Below, in pieces: positions 37,605 through 50,149 of a stretch of DNA of 64,000 nt (position 1 is its first letter; each line of letters opens with the position of its first letter). The notes below the pieces were generated by a model. It had not been told where the DNA came from and searched no databases. It worked only from the letters and a program-made list of their open reading frames with translations. Where the stretch lies: assembly GCA_976551045.1 (NCBI GenBank), contig CDPCPM010000323.1, forward strand, positions 2,542,001 to 2,606,000, written 5' to 3'. Origin of the DNA: Glaucostegus cemiculus. Taxonomy: Eukaryota. Made by a program: the position numbers and the translations under genes.

Positions 37605-37858
37605 AAGGATTTGCTTTTATAAAGTGCACTTAAGATCTTCAAGGCATTTAGAGCATTTTTCACCAAATTAAAATCTTTGAAGTGAGGGCAGTATGCCAGA
37701 AGTAGAAAAGACAGTCTGTTTGCATATCGTAGGTGTTACGAACTGGGTTACTATTGGTGACTGTCCCTTTAAGGTACAGCATAGTGTGTGTGTGTTGGTG
37801 TGTTACGACAACAGAAGATAAAGGATGTAATGGTGATTTTGGAGCAGTCGGTCGGAGT

Positions 37859-37904
<46 letters not shown>

Positions 37905-38900
37905 AGCAGCCTGCTAGTCTCTATTGATGGATGAACAACAGTATCTGTGTCACTATAATCCATGTATGGATTCTTGGAGTAATCTGGTGGAGTCCACTTT
38001 GTTGTTAACCTGAGGAGGGAAACAGGTATTTGTGTGGACGGTCACGTCTCTGATGCTTTTTGGAGTGGCATATACTTCGGAACAAAGCAGTGGAGTCCAC
38101 CTTGTTGTTAACCTGTAGAGGGAAGCAGGTATTTGTGTGGACAGTTACGTCTCAGATGTTTTTCGGGGTGGAGTTTGAGTTCCACAGTGGAACATGCGAG
38201 AGCCTTTCGAGGTGAGGAAGACTTGGTGGAGTAATCACTACTGAGTAGACACTGAGGTGTCATTTGGGTTCCAAAGTGGAATATTTGGATTTTGTAATTA
38301 CCCTCTATTTTCTCTCTACATTTATGTTTTGTCTTAAGTAAACAGTGGTTGTTGAAGAAGCCTTTGATCACGTATCACCTTATGGCTTGCTGAACTGAAC
38401 TTTGAGAATTATTCCTGGACTTGGAGTTTAGGAATTTGCCATTCACACACTTTGAGTTTAGTTTTTAGGGGTTAATTTTTAAGATTTAACATTTTTACTT
38501 ATAGCACACTGACATTTTTATTTTTCTTATTATCATAAGTAGTTATTAATAAAGTAGTTTTTTTTAGCACTGATACATGACTCGGTGTACTTCATTTGTT
38601 GCTGGTTTGTAACATAGGGCTCACAAATAGCAATGAGACGTTGATCTATTCCTGTTGATACAGGTTGATGGTATAATTGCTGAGGGAGCAGCCTTACTCT
38701 TCCTCACATAGAGCCTCCAAGAGATTTTTTACCTACACCCAAATATACCAATGGGATGTTGGTTTAACATTTCATCCACAAAATGCCCCTCCCTCTCCAG
38801 TGATACAGTTCCATATCGATACTTTACTGAAGTATCTGCCTCATTGTAAGTGTTGGTTCTCGAACCTATAAGTTCACGTGGAGGAGAAAAGTGCTGGCTA
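37605..38900 (-). mobile_element. Deu-domain SINE interrupted by a solo LTR
   Basis: Antisense SINE motifs continue on both sides of the LTR (ctcacaaatagcaatgag, ggtttaacatttcatcc). Confidence 0.55.
37734..38614 (+). mobile_element. Solo LTR (Gypsy-like), family A copy 2
   Basis: Termini TGTTACGAA...TTTGTAACA; TSD TAGG (37730-37733 / 38615-38618); internal (AG)n; AATAAA near 38548. Confidence 0.85.
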
Positions 38901-41374
38901 CTGCATACTGCAGCATACCACACATGCATATCTGTGTGCCGCTGTGATACTAGTAGTGAGAGATCTAAGCTGGATAGCAGAGCTTTTTATAGGATAAAAT
39001 CTAGGACACATTCCACAAAGGTTAACTGAGATTGGATTGGCGTTTTCTTTGTTGCCATATTCCTCCAAGGTATCACCAGTTGATTCCATGTTTTTTGTTC
39101 TTATCATACTTTGTCTTTTAATGGATGTCTCCCCAGCGATAGTCAAACTGATAACACATTAGTGCATCCAGCATAAAATTTTGCAGAGTTTTCATTTACA
39201 AAAGAAGTCCGAGTTGCTCATCCAATGCAGCATTATTTTGTTGAAAATATCTAAAACTGCAAGAAAGGCACTTATACAACATATTTCAGAATGTCTAGTC
39301 CACTCAGCAACCAGTGAAGCATAATACAAAACACTTACTTATTGTTTCTTTTCACAGAATTCAAACTAGGCTCAAGTCAAACATATTAACCTTCTGAGAC
39401 CCATTAGAGCAATTCAACTCCAGCCTTGCTTTCTGACTGTTTAATGGCTGCAGGTAAACTGTCTGCAAAATTGCCCACTTTCATTTAACCTTGCTTCAAG
39501 AAAGTGGTGAATTTAAGAGCGAGAACTAAGTTCACTTGGCAGTTGCTGCCAAAACTTGCAACTAAAATGTGAACGATCACATCACAAAATTGAATTGGAC
39601 TTTGACGTATAACCGATTTCGTTGGTAAATATTGTGAAGGGCAATGTGACCAAAAACAGGGAATCAGGAAGTAAGTATGTGGAGACTAAATCTGCACTCT
39701 ACATCAAGATCTTTAATGGTACATAGGTGCTGAATTTCTAAATGTTGAACTCGCCTGTTTTTTTTTCCTGTATATAATGTTATATTGATGACCACGCTCT
39801 TTCCTAAGCTTTCTTTCATGCAGGCTACATGTCAGGAAACACAAAGCCCGATTTGAAAGTTATCAGGAACTTTTGCTGTATGGGTTTCATCCCAATTGAT
39901 CGGTTCACACAAGTTCATTTGGTTTCAATTTTTTGTTTCATTTTGTTATTCTTTTTCTGTCAAGTTATTTCTCCTGCACCTTGTCTCTGGAAGTGTTACT
40001 GGAGAACAGTGTCCGTTGGCCTTGTGCACCTTGTTTATGTGGTGATAATGACCATTAGAAAGCTCAGGGTCAAACCAAGGAGATCAGAGAAACTCGGAAC
40101 TATCAGAAGACTGGAGTCAGGGATGGATAAGACTGTCAAAGGTCAGGACAAGGTCAGCAGAGTTTTGCAAACAATTCTGCATTGAAAGTGGTGACTTTGC
40201 TTGCTCTTCTTAGCCACAGACCTGTGCGAAATAAAGTGCAGGGCCTGATGTTGTTTACAGATCTGGTGTTCATGCAGTTTACAGGTTTCACCTCAGGCAG
40301 CATCATATGGACCCCAATGAGGTCCCAACCAAGGAAATCCAGCCAGAACGTATTTCGCATGTGTCCTTACACATTGTGTCTCTGTGTTGCAAATGAGAAC
40401 ACTTTGATGATTCAATCAATAATTTATTTTGAGAACTTAACAAATCAACCTTTTTAAGCTTTGAATTGCCACATTTGCTTCTTCATTTATTGATGCCAAA
40501 ACTTTTAAAGGCATGAAATGGAATTAAACTCATGGGAAGCCCATCCTCAGGAATCTGAAACCGCAATGACACAGATCTCCTTAGATGATACAGACGTCCC
40601 AAATGCTGAGGTTTAGAGGGGCTTTGTCATTGTATATGCATGATGTCAGTTGTGAATTTAGTACTTTTAATCATCCAATAGGGCCATTTGTTTATATAAA
40701 ATTCAGAATTTATTGCTAGGCTTCAGTACTCAAATTTCTGTATTTGCAAATTAAAACTCTAACAGTGTACCCAAGCAATATTCTCATAGTTTCTTATGAT
40801 ACAGAAGGGGCCCATTTGTCCCAATTGTTCCACCACCCCACTTATCTCCTTCCAACCTGTTCACTCTTACATACCATAATGAGCTGAAGAAGACTCTCAT
40901 TTTCTTTAAGGAAAGTCCAAGAAATGTTTATCGATAGTAAAGAGTGGGCTCTGTGCCAAAGATTATTTAATCGGACTAAATATTTGAAGATGTCCAACTT
41001 TTCCTTACTAAATGTGTTAGTTCTGGACTGACTTTGTTTGAATGGAGCAAAGGAAATGACAATTAAACTGTAATTAAAAAGGTGCTTGGATGAAGAATAG
41101 GTGAATTTGTTCAAGTAAGATACTTGATGGCAGTGGGGGGGGTAGGGGTGTGGGGAAGGTAGTAAGGGGAAGTGGGGAACAAGTTGGTTCCAGGAACTGA
41201 GAATCTTTTGTTCATTTGTGACCTTTTTAAAAGTTTGCAGAATGAAGTGCTGAATGTGCCTTAAATGTGACCTTGTTTGCAACTTGAATATTTACCAATT
41301 TTTGGAGACTCAGCAAGAAACAGGGCTGAATTCATCGCTATAGTTGAACTCATTGACAATTAAAATTTCATTTC

Positions 41375-41783
41375 ATCGCACCACAGTTCTCACCCCCTCT
41401 CCTTCTAGGCGAGCATAAACAGAGTTCCCCTGGTTCTTCCCACTCCACCAGCCTCTGAACAGATCTCCCTTCACAATTTCCAGCAGCTCCATCAAAATTA
41501 CACCACCAGGCACACATTCCCCTTCCACCCCATTTTCAGCATTTCAAAGGGATCACTTCTCTAGTCCACCTTTCCTTCCCCACCAACTACTCCCTATCTT
41601 ATGGCATTTTCCTGTGCAACTGCAAGATATCCTCTCAATATGGAAACAGATGCTGTAATCTAAAGCAAAAATTAAACTGCTGGAAGATCTTATCCTCTCA
41701 CCTCATTATCTCCCACTAACTGTCCTTCCAGGTGAAGCATGAATTCACGTGCACTTCTTCTAATCTTCTGCATTCGGTGTTCA
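41375..41783 (+). mobile_element. Penelope ORF remnant (linker to GIY-YIG region)
   Basis: RVPLVL and SFQVKHEFTCTSSNL..CIRCS translations across frameshifts. Confidence 0.7.
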
Positions 41784-41784
41784 T

Positions 41785-41895
41785 GGGAGTTGGTGGGAAT
41801 GTGGAGAGAATAAAAATGGGATTAGTGCAAAAGGGCGCTTGACAGTTGGTGCAGACTTGGTGGGCGGGAGGGCCTGTTTCTGGGCTGTATGATTT
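41785..41895 (+). mobile_element. V-SINE 3' tail (CR1-type)
   Basis: gggattagtgcaaaagggcgcttgacagttgg...gggcctgtttctgggctgtatga. Confidence 0.7.
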
Positions 41896-41901
41896 TCTCT
41901 T

Positions 41902-42481
41902 TTCTTTCTTTCTTTTTCAATCTTTTTTATTGATAACAAATCAATACAGGTTAAGATATATAACAACAATGTTTACACATGTATTATAGAAATATCAAGT
42001 AACAATCGTAGGTAATCATAAAAAAAAGCAATAAAGTATGATATATATAAAAGAAATAGTTCCAACAATCTCTCGGTTCATAAGTGTAATGTAAAAGATA
42101 GAAAAGAAACAAAAAAAAACCCAAATCAATGAAAAAAATCATAATAACATAGAGTAAATTAAACCGAAAATGAATTAAAAAAAGAAAAAAAAAACAAACA
42201 AGGAAAAAAAAACTGGGCTAAAATTTTCAATAGAAATAGAACAATATGATGTCGTCAGCTCCGTTTCTCTGAATTAAAAAAAAGTTATAGAAGGGGAAAC
42301 TACATCATATGAAAGTATTGAATAAATGGACTCCAAATATCTTCAAATTTAAGCGAAGAATCAACAGTACCACTCCTAATTTTTTTCCAAATTAAGACAT
42401 GATATAGTTTGAGAGAGCCATTGAAAGGTGGTAGGGGGTATTGGATCCTTCCATTTAAGCAGAATGGCTCGTTTGGCCATC
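41902..42481 (-). mobile_element. 5'-truncated L1 LINE (ORF2 C-terminus plus 3'UTR)
   Basis: Antisense translation ILLKWKDPIPPTTFQWLSQTISCLNLEKIR...KFEDIWSPFIQYF; 11-bp TSD gattttctctt (41891-41901 / 42482-42492). Confidence 0.85.
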
Positions 42482-42494
42482 GATTTTCTCTTGT

Positions 42495-42725
42495 TCTTGA
42501 CAAAGCTCTGTGGTCTTCTTCAAGAGGGTATCTTGGAATCTTTTACGAGAGCAGATGGGTCTTTGGTTTAGTGTCTCATCTAAATGATGGCACCTCTGGC
42601 ACTGTAGCATTCCCACTGTACTGCACTGACTTCTCAGCCTAGACCGTTGTTCTCAGTTATCCGGAGCATGACCTGAACTCAGATTCAACTGAGTTTGCCA
42701 CCGCTTGAGCCGTAGCTGACACCAG
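42495..42725 (-). mobile_element. Deu-domain SINE fragment
   Basis: ggtttagtgtctcatctaaatgatggcacctc...cactgtactgcactg. Confidence 0.65.
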
Positions 42726-45377
42726 AAAAGGAAACTGGCAATATCATTAATAATTTGTCAAAATAAAAGCACTTTCTTTGAACATCTATCTTGACGTCAG
42801 GCACTTTAGTCCTGTCACTGAAAACAAAGATGATTAAAAACCTCTTCACCCACAGCAAGCTTGTCCCAGCTTAACTTGATGAATCTGTGATACCTCAGCA
42901 CGCTGGGTCCAACAGTTGCCTAAGGGAATAACCAAAGTGCTCAATTTTAACATGAAACATCATGTGATTTGAATCTGACAGGCAACTTGTTGAATGTAAA
43001 AGACTGATGTTTAAATTTACATGGTGCTGTTCACTGTTTCAGGTACATACCAGACTGTCCTCTAAAATTAACGGCACTGTTTTTAACTGCACAGTCCTGT
43101 CAGAAACTGGACTGGGTCCAAGCTAGGAAACAGTGAAAATGGGACCAAGAGCTTTCCCTGTCAGATCCTTCCTATATGTTCCAGTTTTTTAGGCTGCTCT
43201 TTGGCACAGACAACCAAGTCACCTCAGGAGTAAATGCAGAGATCAGTGCTTGTAACTTAATGAGTTGTCATCTATTTTATATTTCAAGATCTCGTTGAGT
43301 TTAAGTTTTACCAAGAAAACAGGGTGACTTCTTGTTTCAACTTGTGTTTTCTAATATTGTTTGGGTAAGTTTGGGAGTTGAAGCCTCATTCTGACTTGGT
43401 GTTATTCTGCTCCTTCAGCTGTGAGGAGAATCCCATAGAGGTTCCTATTAGAAAATCAGAAGCTGGAAAAATCTCACACAGAATTGGTAGAGTGAAATTA
43501 TTTCCATTGCTTGGGGAAGTTAGGAAACATTGCATTGTACTTACAGAGGAATGGAAATACTGAGCTCTTCCATCAAAAAAGTTGATATCAATTAATTATT
43601 ATGCTTAAATCTGAGACTAATGCTTTCCATTCATCATAGGTGTTAAGGTAATGCTGCACAACCTTCTTATGGAGAAGACCAAGATTTGTGGAAGTCCCTC
43701 AAACTTCCAGTGGGAGAATGCAAACTCCCTATGGTTTTGCAGTAGACATGGGGTTGGGTTAACTGGTTGCCAAAACATTTCTTGAGCTTGCCCTTCACAG
43801 CAAGATGACACTGCACTGCACGGGGTCATGTCAATCGGGAATCAGCTTCAGGGACCAACCTGACACCAGATCCACTCCACTAAGTGTGGACCTAGTTGTT
43901 AGGAAAGTGTTGATCATGGGTGACTGGACAGAACTCATTGAAATGGACTGTGTGTTCTGCATTTCTGTAGTAAGTGATAAAAGACAAGGCTAGAATAGGG
44001 AGATGTGTTGCTAATCACCCATGATCTCATTAAGTGGTGGACCGGGCATGAGGGGTAAATACCCCCTTTTCCCAAATCTTCTATCCTTTGCTTCTAGCAC
44101 CTCAGTGAGATATTTGAACAGATGAAAATACTTCCATGTATTTAGCTGGGACTAAATTGTGAGATTGGTCTGAAATATGAACATCAAAGTAAGGCAGAAA
44201 AGGTAAAAGAAAGCAAAAACCTCCCACAGAATCAGGCTGAATATATCACACATCTTTCTTACTCTTTCATTTGAATCCACTGCCAAGATTAACACACAGT
44301 GTTGATCAGTACTGCCACCACATGCTGGGAGGCTATTAAACTGTTTATATAATATCCTGAGTTATGTAGTGACAAACTAGATGGATAGTTATTGAGAAAA
44401 TTTTGCCAACATTATAAAACAATGTGGGATACAGGGTTATTAAAACTATTTTTTAAAGGCACCCTTGAAGTTCATTGTGAGTATCAATTGCCTACTACTT
44501 GTGCTTGTTGGAACATGCAGCAACTCTCATCATGAGATCACACTGGTGTTCTCGATTATCTATCCAAACCTTTGAACATTGAATTCTAAAATATTCCACT
44601 ATATTAACAAGCCATTTGGTCTACCTGTGGCATTTTTCCCCTGCAAGTCTCATCCTACTCAACTGCTTGTCCCCAATCCTATAATATTCCTTTTTAAGCA
44701 ACAGTACAGTTTCCTTGTAAAGTATATGGATTTTGCCATACAACTTTATGACAGATTCCCAAAATGCATTCCCTGAGTATGTAACCAGAAAATGTTGTCT
44801 CTTCCTAATATGCTGAGCAGCAGTCATTTTTTTTCTTCTATTTCTTGGAAAAGATGTTTGCTTTCTGTGCATCTAGAAGGTCATTCCACTCTCACAAAAC
44901 ATATGGCCTTTTGATTTTGCTCTCCATATGATTGCACTTAAAAGGTAAGTGGGCCTGCCAGGAAGGCATTGAAAACAACCCTCAAGTGAAGCTTTAACTG
45001 TAATGGGCCTGCAGTTAGGAAAGAATGACCTGATAACAACGAGCAGAGTACCAGATTCCATTAATTGCTCACTTATTTGCTTTTCAACGTTGTTCTACTT
45101 AAACCAGGTTGAGACAGACTGTGGATGCAATGGACGTGATTGGGTGTGATACACTGATGTTCTAAGGCGTGAGCTATACATCACTAAGTCTTTTAATCTT
45201 TTCACCACACAGGGATTCTGAAAGATATGTTGCATATTTCCAGCATTTCTCTACTAATGAAAGGCCTGTACTTCGGTCTGGTTCTGTGATTAATTATTTT
45301 TAGATATCCACACATGTTTTGAAAGTGACTGCTGATTTCTTCAAGATAAGTGAAGCTGAAGGTGTGTTTAAGAAGTT

Positions 45378-45664
45378 GAGACACAAGAGGCTGCAGATGC
45401 TGGAAATCCGGAGCATCACACAAAATGCTGGAGGAACTCAGCGGGTCAGGCAGCATCTATGGAGGGAAATGAAGAGTTGACATTTCCCTCCATAGATGGT
45501 GGAAGCCATCCATCAGCTCTTGCTCCACCCCTTCCCCCCACCTTTTTAAACTGCCTATCTCCCCACTTTCTTTCCAGTCCTGATGAAGGGTCTTGGCCCG
45601 AAATATCGACTATCCATTTCCCTCCATTGATGCTGCCTGACCCGCTGAGTTCCTCCAGCGTTTA
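45378..45664. mobile_element. Young fold-back Penelope pLTR element
   Basis: Near-perfect inverted arms; 16-bp TSD gtgtgtttaagaagtt (45362-45377 / 45665-45680). Confidence 0.88.
45576..45611 (+). ncRNA. Minimal type I hammerhead ribozyme motif (Penelope type)
   Basis: AGUC-CUGAUGA-A-GGGU(CUUG)GCCC-GAAA-UAUC^GACU: stem I AGUC/GACU, intact core boxes, stem II, palindromic AUAU in place of a stem III hairpin, AUC cleavage triplet. Confidence 0.7.
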
Positions 45665-45942
45665 GTGTGTTTAAGAAGTTAACAGGAATAGTTGGTACTC
45701 TTGAGCTGAGTCTGTCTCTTCACTCCATCGCTGTCCTTGAACAGAAAGATTAGCTTGGGGGAGATCTGAAAGCCTTTGTTTAGACGATAAAATATTGCAA
45801 AAGCTGCAATTTCTGCAGAACTGTGATTTAGGTAGTGCTGTAAATATGTGCCAAAATCTACCTATTAGTTGGGCCAACCATTAACCAGCCAAAGTCATTA
45901 ACATGAACTGGATAATCTAAAGTGACTGCTTGTAAGATAGGC

Positions 45943-46233
45943 TTAGATAAGATATCTTTATTAGTCACGTGTACATCAAAACACAAAGTGAAATGCATCT
46001 TTGCCTAGAGTGTTCTGGGGGCAGCCCGCAACGCTTCCGGTGCCAAATTAGCACGCCCACAACTTCCTAACCCGTACGTCTTTGGAACATGGGAGGAAAC
46101 CAGAGCACCCAGAGGAAACCCACGCAGACACTGGGAGAACGTACAAACTCCTTACAGACAGTGGCTGGATTTGAACCTGGGTCACTGGCATTGTAATAGC
46201 ATTACACTAACCACTACACTACTGTGCCTGCCC
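45943..46233 (-). mobile_element. Young V-SINE, tail A
   Basis: Antisense, near full length. Confidence 0.9.
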
Positions 46234-46299
46234 TAATTTGTGGATTGGTATATCTTAGTTCTATACCCTTGTTAAAAGAACTATTATTGAGTCAAAGAG

Positions 46300-46470
46300 A
46301 GAGACAGCACAGAAACAGACCCCTTGGCCCATTGGATCCACAATGACCATCAACTGGTCATTTTTAAAATAATCCAACATGCAAACTCCACACAGACGGC
46401 ACCAGAGGTCAGGATTGAATCTGGGTTGATGGAGCTGTGAGGCAGAAACAGTACAAGCTGTGCCAGTGTA
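46300..46470 (-). mobile_element. Internally deleted older V-SINE
   Basis: Tail acagcacagaaacagacccc followed closely by head gcaaactccacacagac...ggattgaatctggg. Confidence 0.65.
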
Positions 46471-47711
46471 TTAGCTTGAAAGCATTTTAAGAATGACCAA
46501 AACATAACCACCCAGATAGTCAAAAACAAGTCCCATTCTGTTTGCTGCAGTGGTGTTTGTGCACAGCCTTGTGACCGGGACATTTCTCCCACTCGGCAGC
46601 AACACCTCTGATTGAGGGGCAAAACATTGCTGATGCTGGAAGTGAAACCCAGGAGACTTCTGGAAACATTACCTGGTCAGATGGTGTATGTGGCAAGAGG
46701 AGTCCAAAACATTATTCTAAATCTGCACTTATATAAGGGCAGTGTTCAAAGTAAAAGGTCCAGGAATTGCAGTCATTCACTGGTTTTTATGTCAGACTCA
46801 TGTTTCTTTGAAGTGGAACAGGTGTTGTTGTACACAGATAAGCATCAACAACAAAGACCCAATCCCTATGGCTTCAGACTTTAATTTTTGGATATAAAGA
46901 GGATCATAATGATGGAATGTGGGGTTATTTCCTCAATTTCGTCAACCTCTAGTTGTTTAATAACAAGTTTTAGGACCTGCCGGTTATTCAGTTCTGGAAA
47001 ATTTAATCTTTACTTGTTTGTTGAATAATGGAAGAAGCCAACTATTTGCAGTGTGAAAAGTTAACTGATAACATATTTTATGTTTTTACAGCACTTAAAT
47101 AAACTCTCAGCAGTTTAGCAAAAATAAAATGTGTTTCTTTTATCTGAAACCATGAGTCTTGTTTAAAAAAAGTCTGAAGTAGCCATGGCACAGCCTGTCA
47201 CCTCAGAGCAAGGAGGCTACTTCCTCTGGTGTAGCTCTCATCATTCACTGGATAACCAGCAGCACTGAAACATCTCCAGAATATTGACACAACCTGCCAT
47301 CAGTCTAACTCGGGAATATTAGGAACAGGAGAAGACCCTCAGGCCTACTCCATCATTCAGTTAGATCATGGCTAATCTTAACTCCAGCTCCCACTTCTCT
47401 GCCTTTGGTCCTTATCCCTTGATGCTCTAACTGAGTAAAATCTATCTCAGTTTTAAAAGCTTCAATAGTTTCCCCTGATCCATATTACTAGGGAACAAGA
47501 ATTGTAGATTTCCGCTATGCAGTGTATTGAGCTCCAAGGCCTAAAATCTAATTACAGGACCTGCTGTAATGCCAGTTTTGTATAGCTGGGTCAAAATAAA
47601 AAGCATGAATTGTATTAAACTTTAGATTGCTGGAAGGCAGAGAGCTCATTGTTCTACTCAGTTATAAAATTATCAGTATGCACAATGCAATACTGAAACA
47701 AACGCTGAGTT

Positions 47712-48235
47712 CACAAGAGATTGCAGGTGTTGAAACCTAGAAGGAAAAGCAGAATGCTGGAAGAAATTAGTGGGTTAAGCAGCATCTGTGGAGGCAAGGG
47801 GTATAAGTCAACACCTCTGGTCATGACACTGCATCAGGATTGAGAGGGAACAGGAAAGATTGCCAGTATATAGCAGTACATGGGGTGGGATAGAGGTTAC
47901 TAGGTGATAGGTGGAGCCAGATGGGGAGGGGATGATGGGCAGATGGAAACAGGTGGGGGAAGGGTTTGGAAGAGATGAACAAAGGGAGAAGAAAACTTAA
48001 TGGATAGGAGAATGTGTGAAGGAGGAGAGCAGCAGGGATGATTCAATGTTCACAACACTGGGTTGTAAGCCACCAGAGCAGACTATGAGATGTTCCTCTT
48101 TTGATTTGTGTTTGGCCTCGCCGTAGCAATGGAGAAGGCTAAGGATAGACAGGTGGGTGTGGGAATGAGAAGGGGAGTTGAAACAGTATGCAACCAGATG
48201 TTAGAGATGGCTGTTACGGAGAGAGTGCAGGTGCT
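47712..48235 (-). mobile_element. Penelope-like element 3' end (GIY-YIG C-terminus plus pLTR)
   Basis: Antisense LSLLHCYGEAKHKSKEEHLIVCSGGLQPSVVNIE, a purine-rich tract on + and an antisense pLTR. Confidence 0.8.
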
Positions 48236-48271
48236 CTTAATAATGGAACTTGACCAACTCCTTGGCTGGAA

Positions 48272-48480
48272 TAAAAACAGAGAATGCTGGAAATATTCCT
48301 CCTCTCTTCGATGGGAAATCTGTGAGACCTTTGCTCACTACTCCCCCTCTGTAATCTCTGCTGCACGCCAGCTCTTCAACAATACTCCTCCAATGCTGGA
48401 AATATTCAGCAGGTCGGGCAGTGTCTGTGGAGAGGGAAACCAAGTTGACATTTTAGGTGGTTGGCATTTCATCAGAACTG
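48272..48480 (-). mobile_element. pLTR fragments
   Basis: aatgctggaaatattc occurs twice; ttcatcagaactgg. Confidence 0.6.
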
Positions 48481-48899
48481 GCTGCAGTATACACCCTGTC
48501 CTATTAATATACATGTAGGTATAACCAAAGTCATAACTTCATGAGGTTTTGATCCCAATGTGGGGCCTTGCCAAATGTAAACATAGGTTGGATATTTGTG
48601 AGTTACATTCTCACTGATAAGGCTACACGCTGGACAGAGAGAGTTGCTCAATAACATTTTAACTTTAGATATCTAGGGCTAAAATTCCACCTTCTTATGC
48701 TGAGAGCCCAGTTCTAGAGTTGGGTTCCATGATCCCTGTGATTTTCATCCATTGATTTTTTGGGATGCAGAATTTTGAGGAGTTACACACCTAAATTCCT
48801 GATGTGTCCCCTGCACTGGGACCATAGCCTGAACTAAACACAAAGTCACATCCCTTTAACCATGAGAGATCCCTTGACAGCATTAAAAGTTAGGCAGGA

Positions 48900-49105
48900 G
48901 TCTGCCCAGTGTGTTGAACTGTATGTAGCCCCAACCATTGGCTTGCTGGGTCATTACCTCACTGTCATTTGTTGGGGCTTGCTGTGCAGAAATTGGCTTC
49001 TATATTACAACGGTGACTTAGTTTCAAGAAAATCTTTCTTGGTTGTGAAGTTCCTTGGGACATTCTCAGGTTATAAAAAATGTTATACAACTGCAAGGCC
49101 TTTCA
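48900..49105 (+). mobile_element. Deu-domain SINE 3' part
   Basis: ggtcattacctcactgtcatttgttggggcttgctgtgcagaaattggct. Confidence 0.6.
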
Positions 49106-50149
49106 CTGCTGTTCCTAACTATCCTATTGATAGACTTGAATGTTGCCTTTTCTTAAAACCTGACCTAACCTGAGTTGAGGTATCTGCCACAGTCTTTCCT
49201 TCCCTTTAAAAATAAGTTGTAGAGTTGGTTTCCTGTCTGTCCTCAGTCCCACCAATTTAGAAGATAATGGAGGGAGAGTTGGCTGTTGGAGTGGCTGAAA
49301 ATCACAGGGTGGGGACTGGATGGTTGGGGCTAAACAGGAGTTTTGCCAGTGGAACCAAATATCATGGTGGGGGGTGGGGGAGCACAATGGCTGTAAGTAC
49401 TCTCCGACCCATTGAACACCAGCACACAAAGGCAGATTTCTACCCTGGCCCCAGGTCCAATGTGCTGTGGCACAGACACAGCAAGTCCAGTCAGTCTCTG
49501 ACAGGCAGTGAGTCATAGCAGGAAGCCTGAGTAAGCCTGAGTAAGCTTACCGAACCTGCTTGACATTAAATGAGTCACTCTGTGGTAGTGCAATCATTCA
49601 TTTACAGAATAGCACCAGAATTTAATTAGCCAATAATTGGAATAAAGCAGCCAACTGATGATTATCCCCAGGAGGACATTCATTTAGTAGGTTTAATGGT
49701 ACCACAGTTTATTAACATTTCCAGTAAAATTGTAACTCAGTTTGTGGTATGGTGTCAGCTTTTGTTTGGTCCTACAAAGAATCTTACAGTAGTGATACTC
49801 TGTAAATGCAGGCTGCTGCAGAAGTATAACTAGATTTTGTACAAAGCATATTATTAAAATGGCAGCCTTTCATGAGCCTTTGTTGTGCAAAGAAGTTTAA
49901 CTAATGCCCAACAGGCTTCAAACCCCCAGCCTGGTTCTGTTACCCGTGAGGCCAATATCTTCCATACCTGTTGGCCTCGGGTTCCAGACCCAGTGGGTGG
50001 TTTTGATCATTGGTTCTGATATTGGCCTAAAGTGGGAGAACAGTGGTTCATGAAAGCTGCACTTGTTCATAAATGATAAAATTGCCCTATGAAGGTCTGA
50101 TGATGTGACGGACTGTTCCAACACATTCTCAGGGACTGCGAGCTGCTGT

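Noticed and set aside
39825-40185. Possible acceptor (ttcatgcAG) and ORF containing KVIRNF as semaphorin exon 2
   Set aside because: The frame lacks the NY/LLL/YVGAR Sema motifs and becomes low-complexity.
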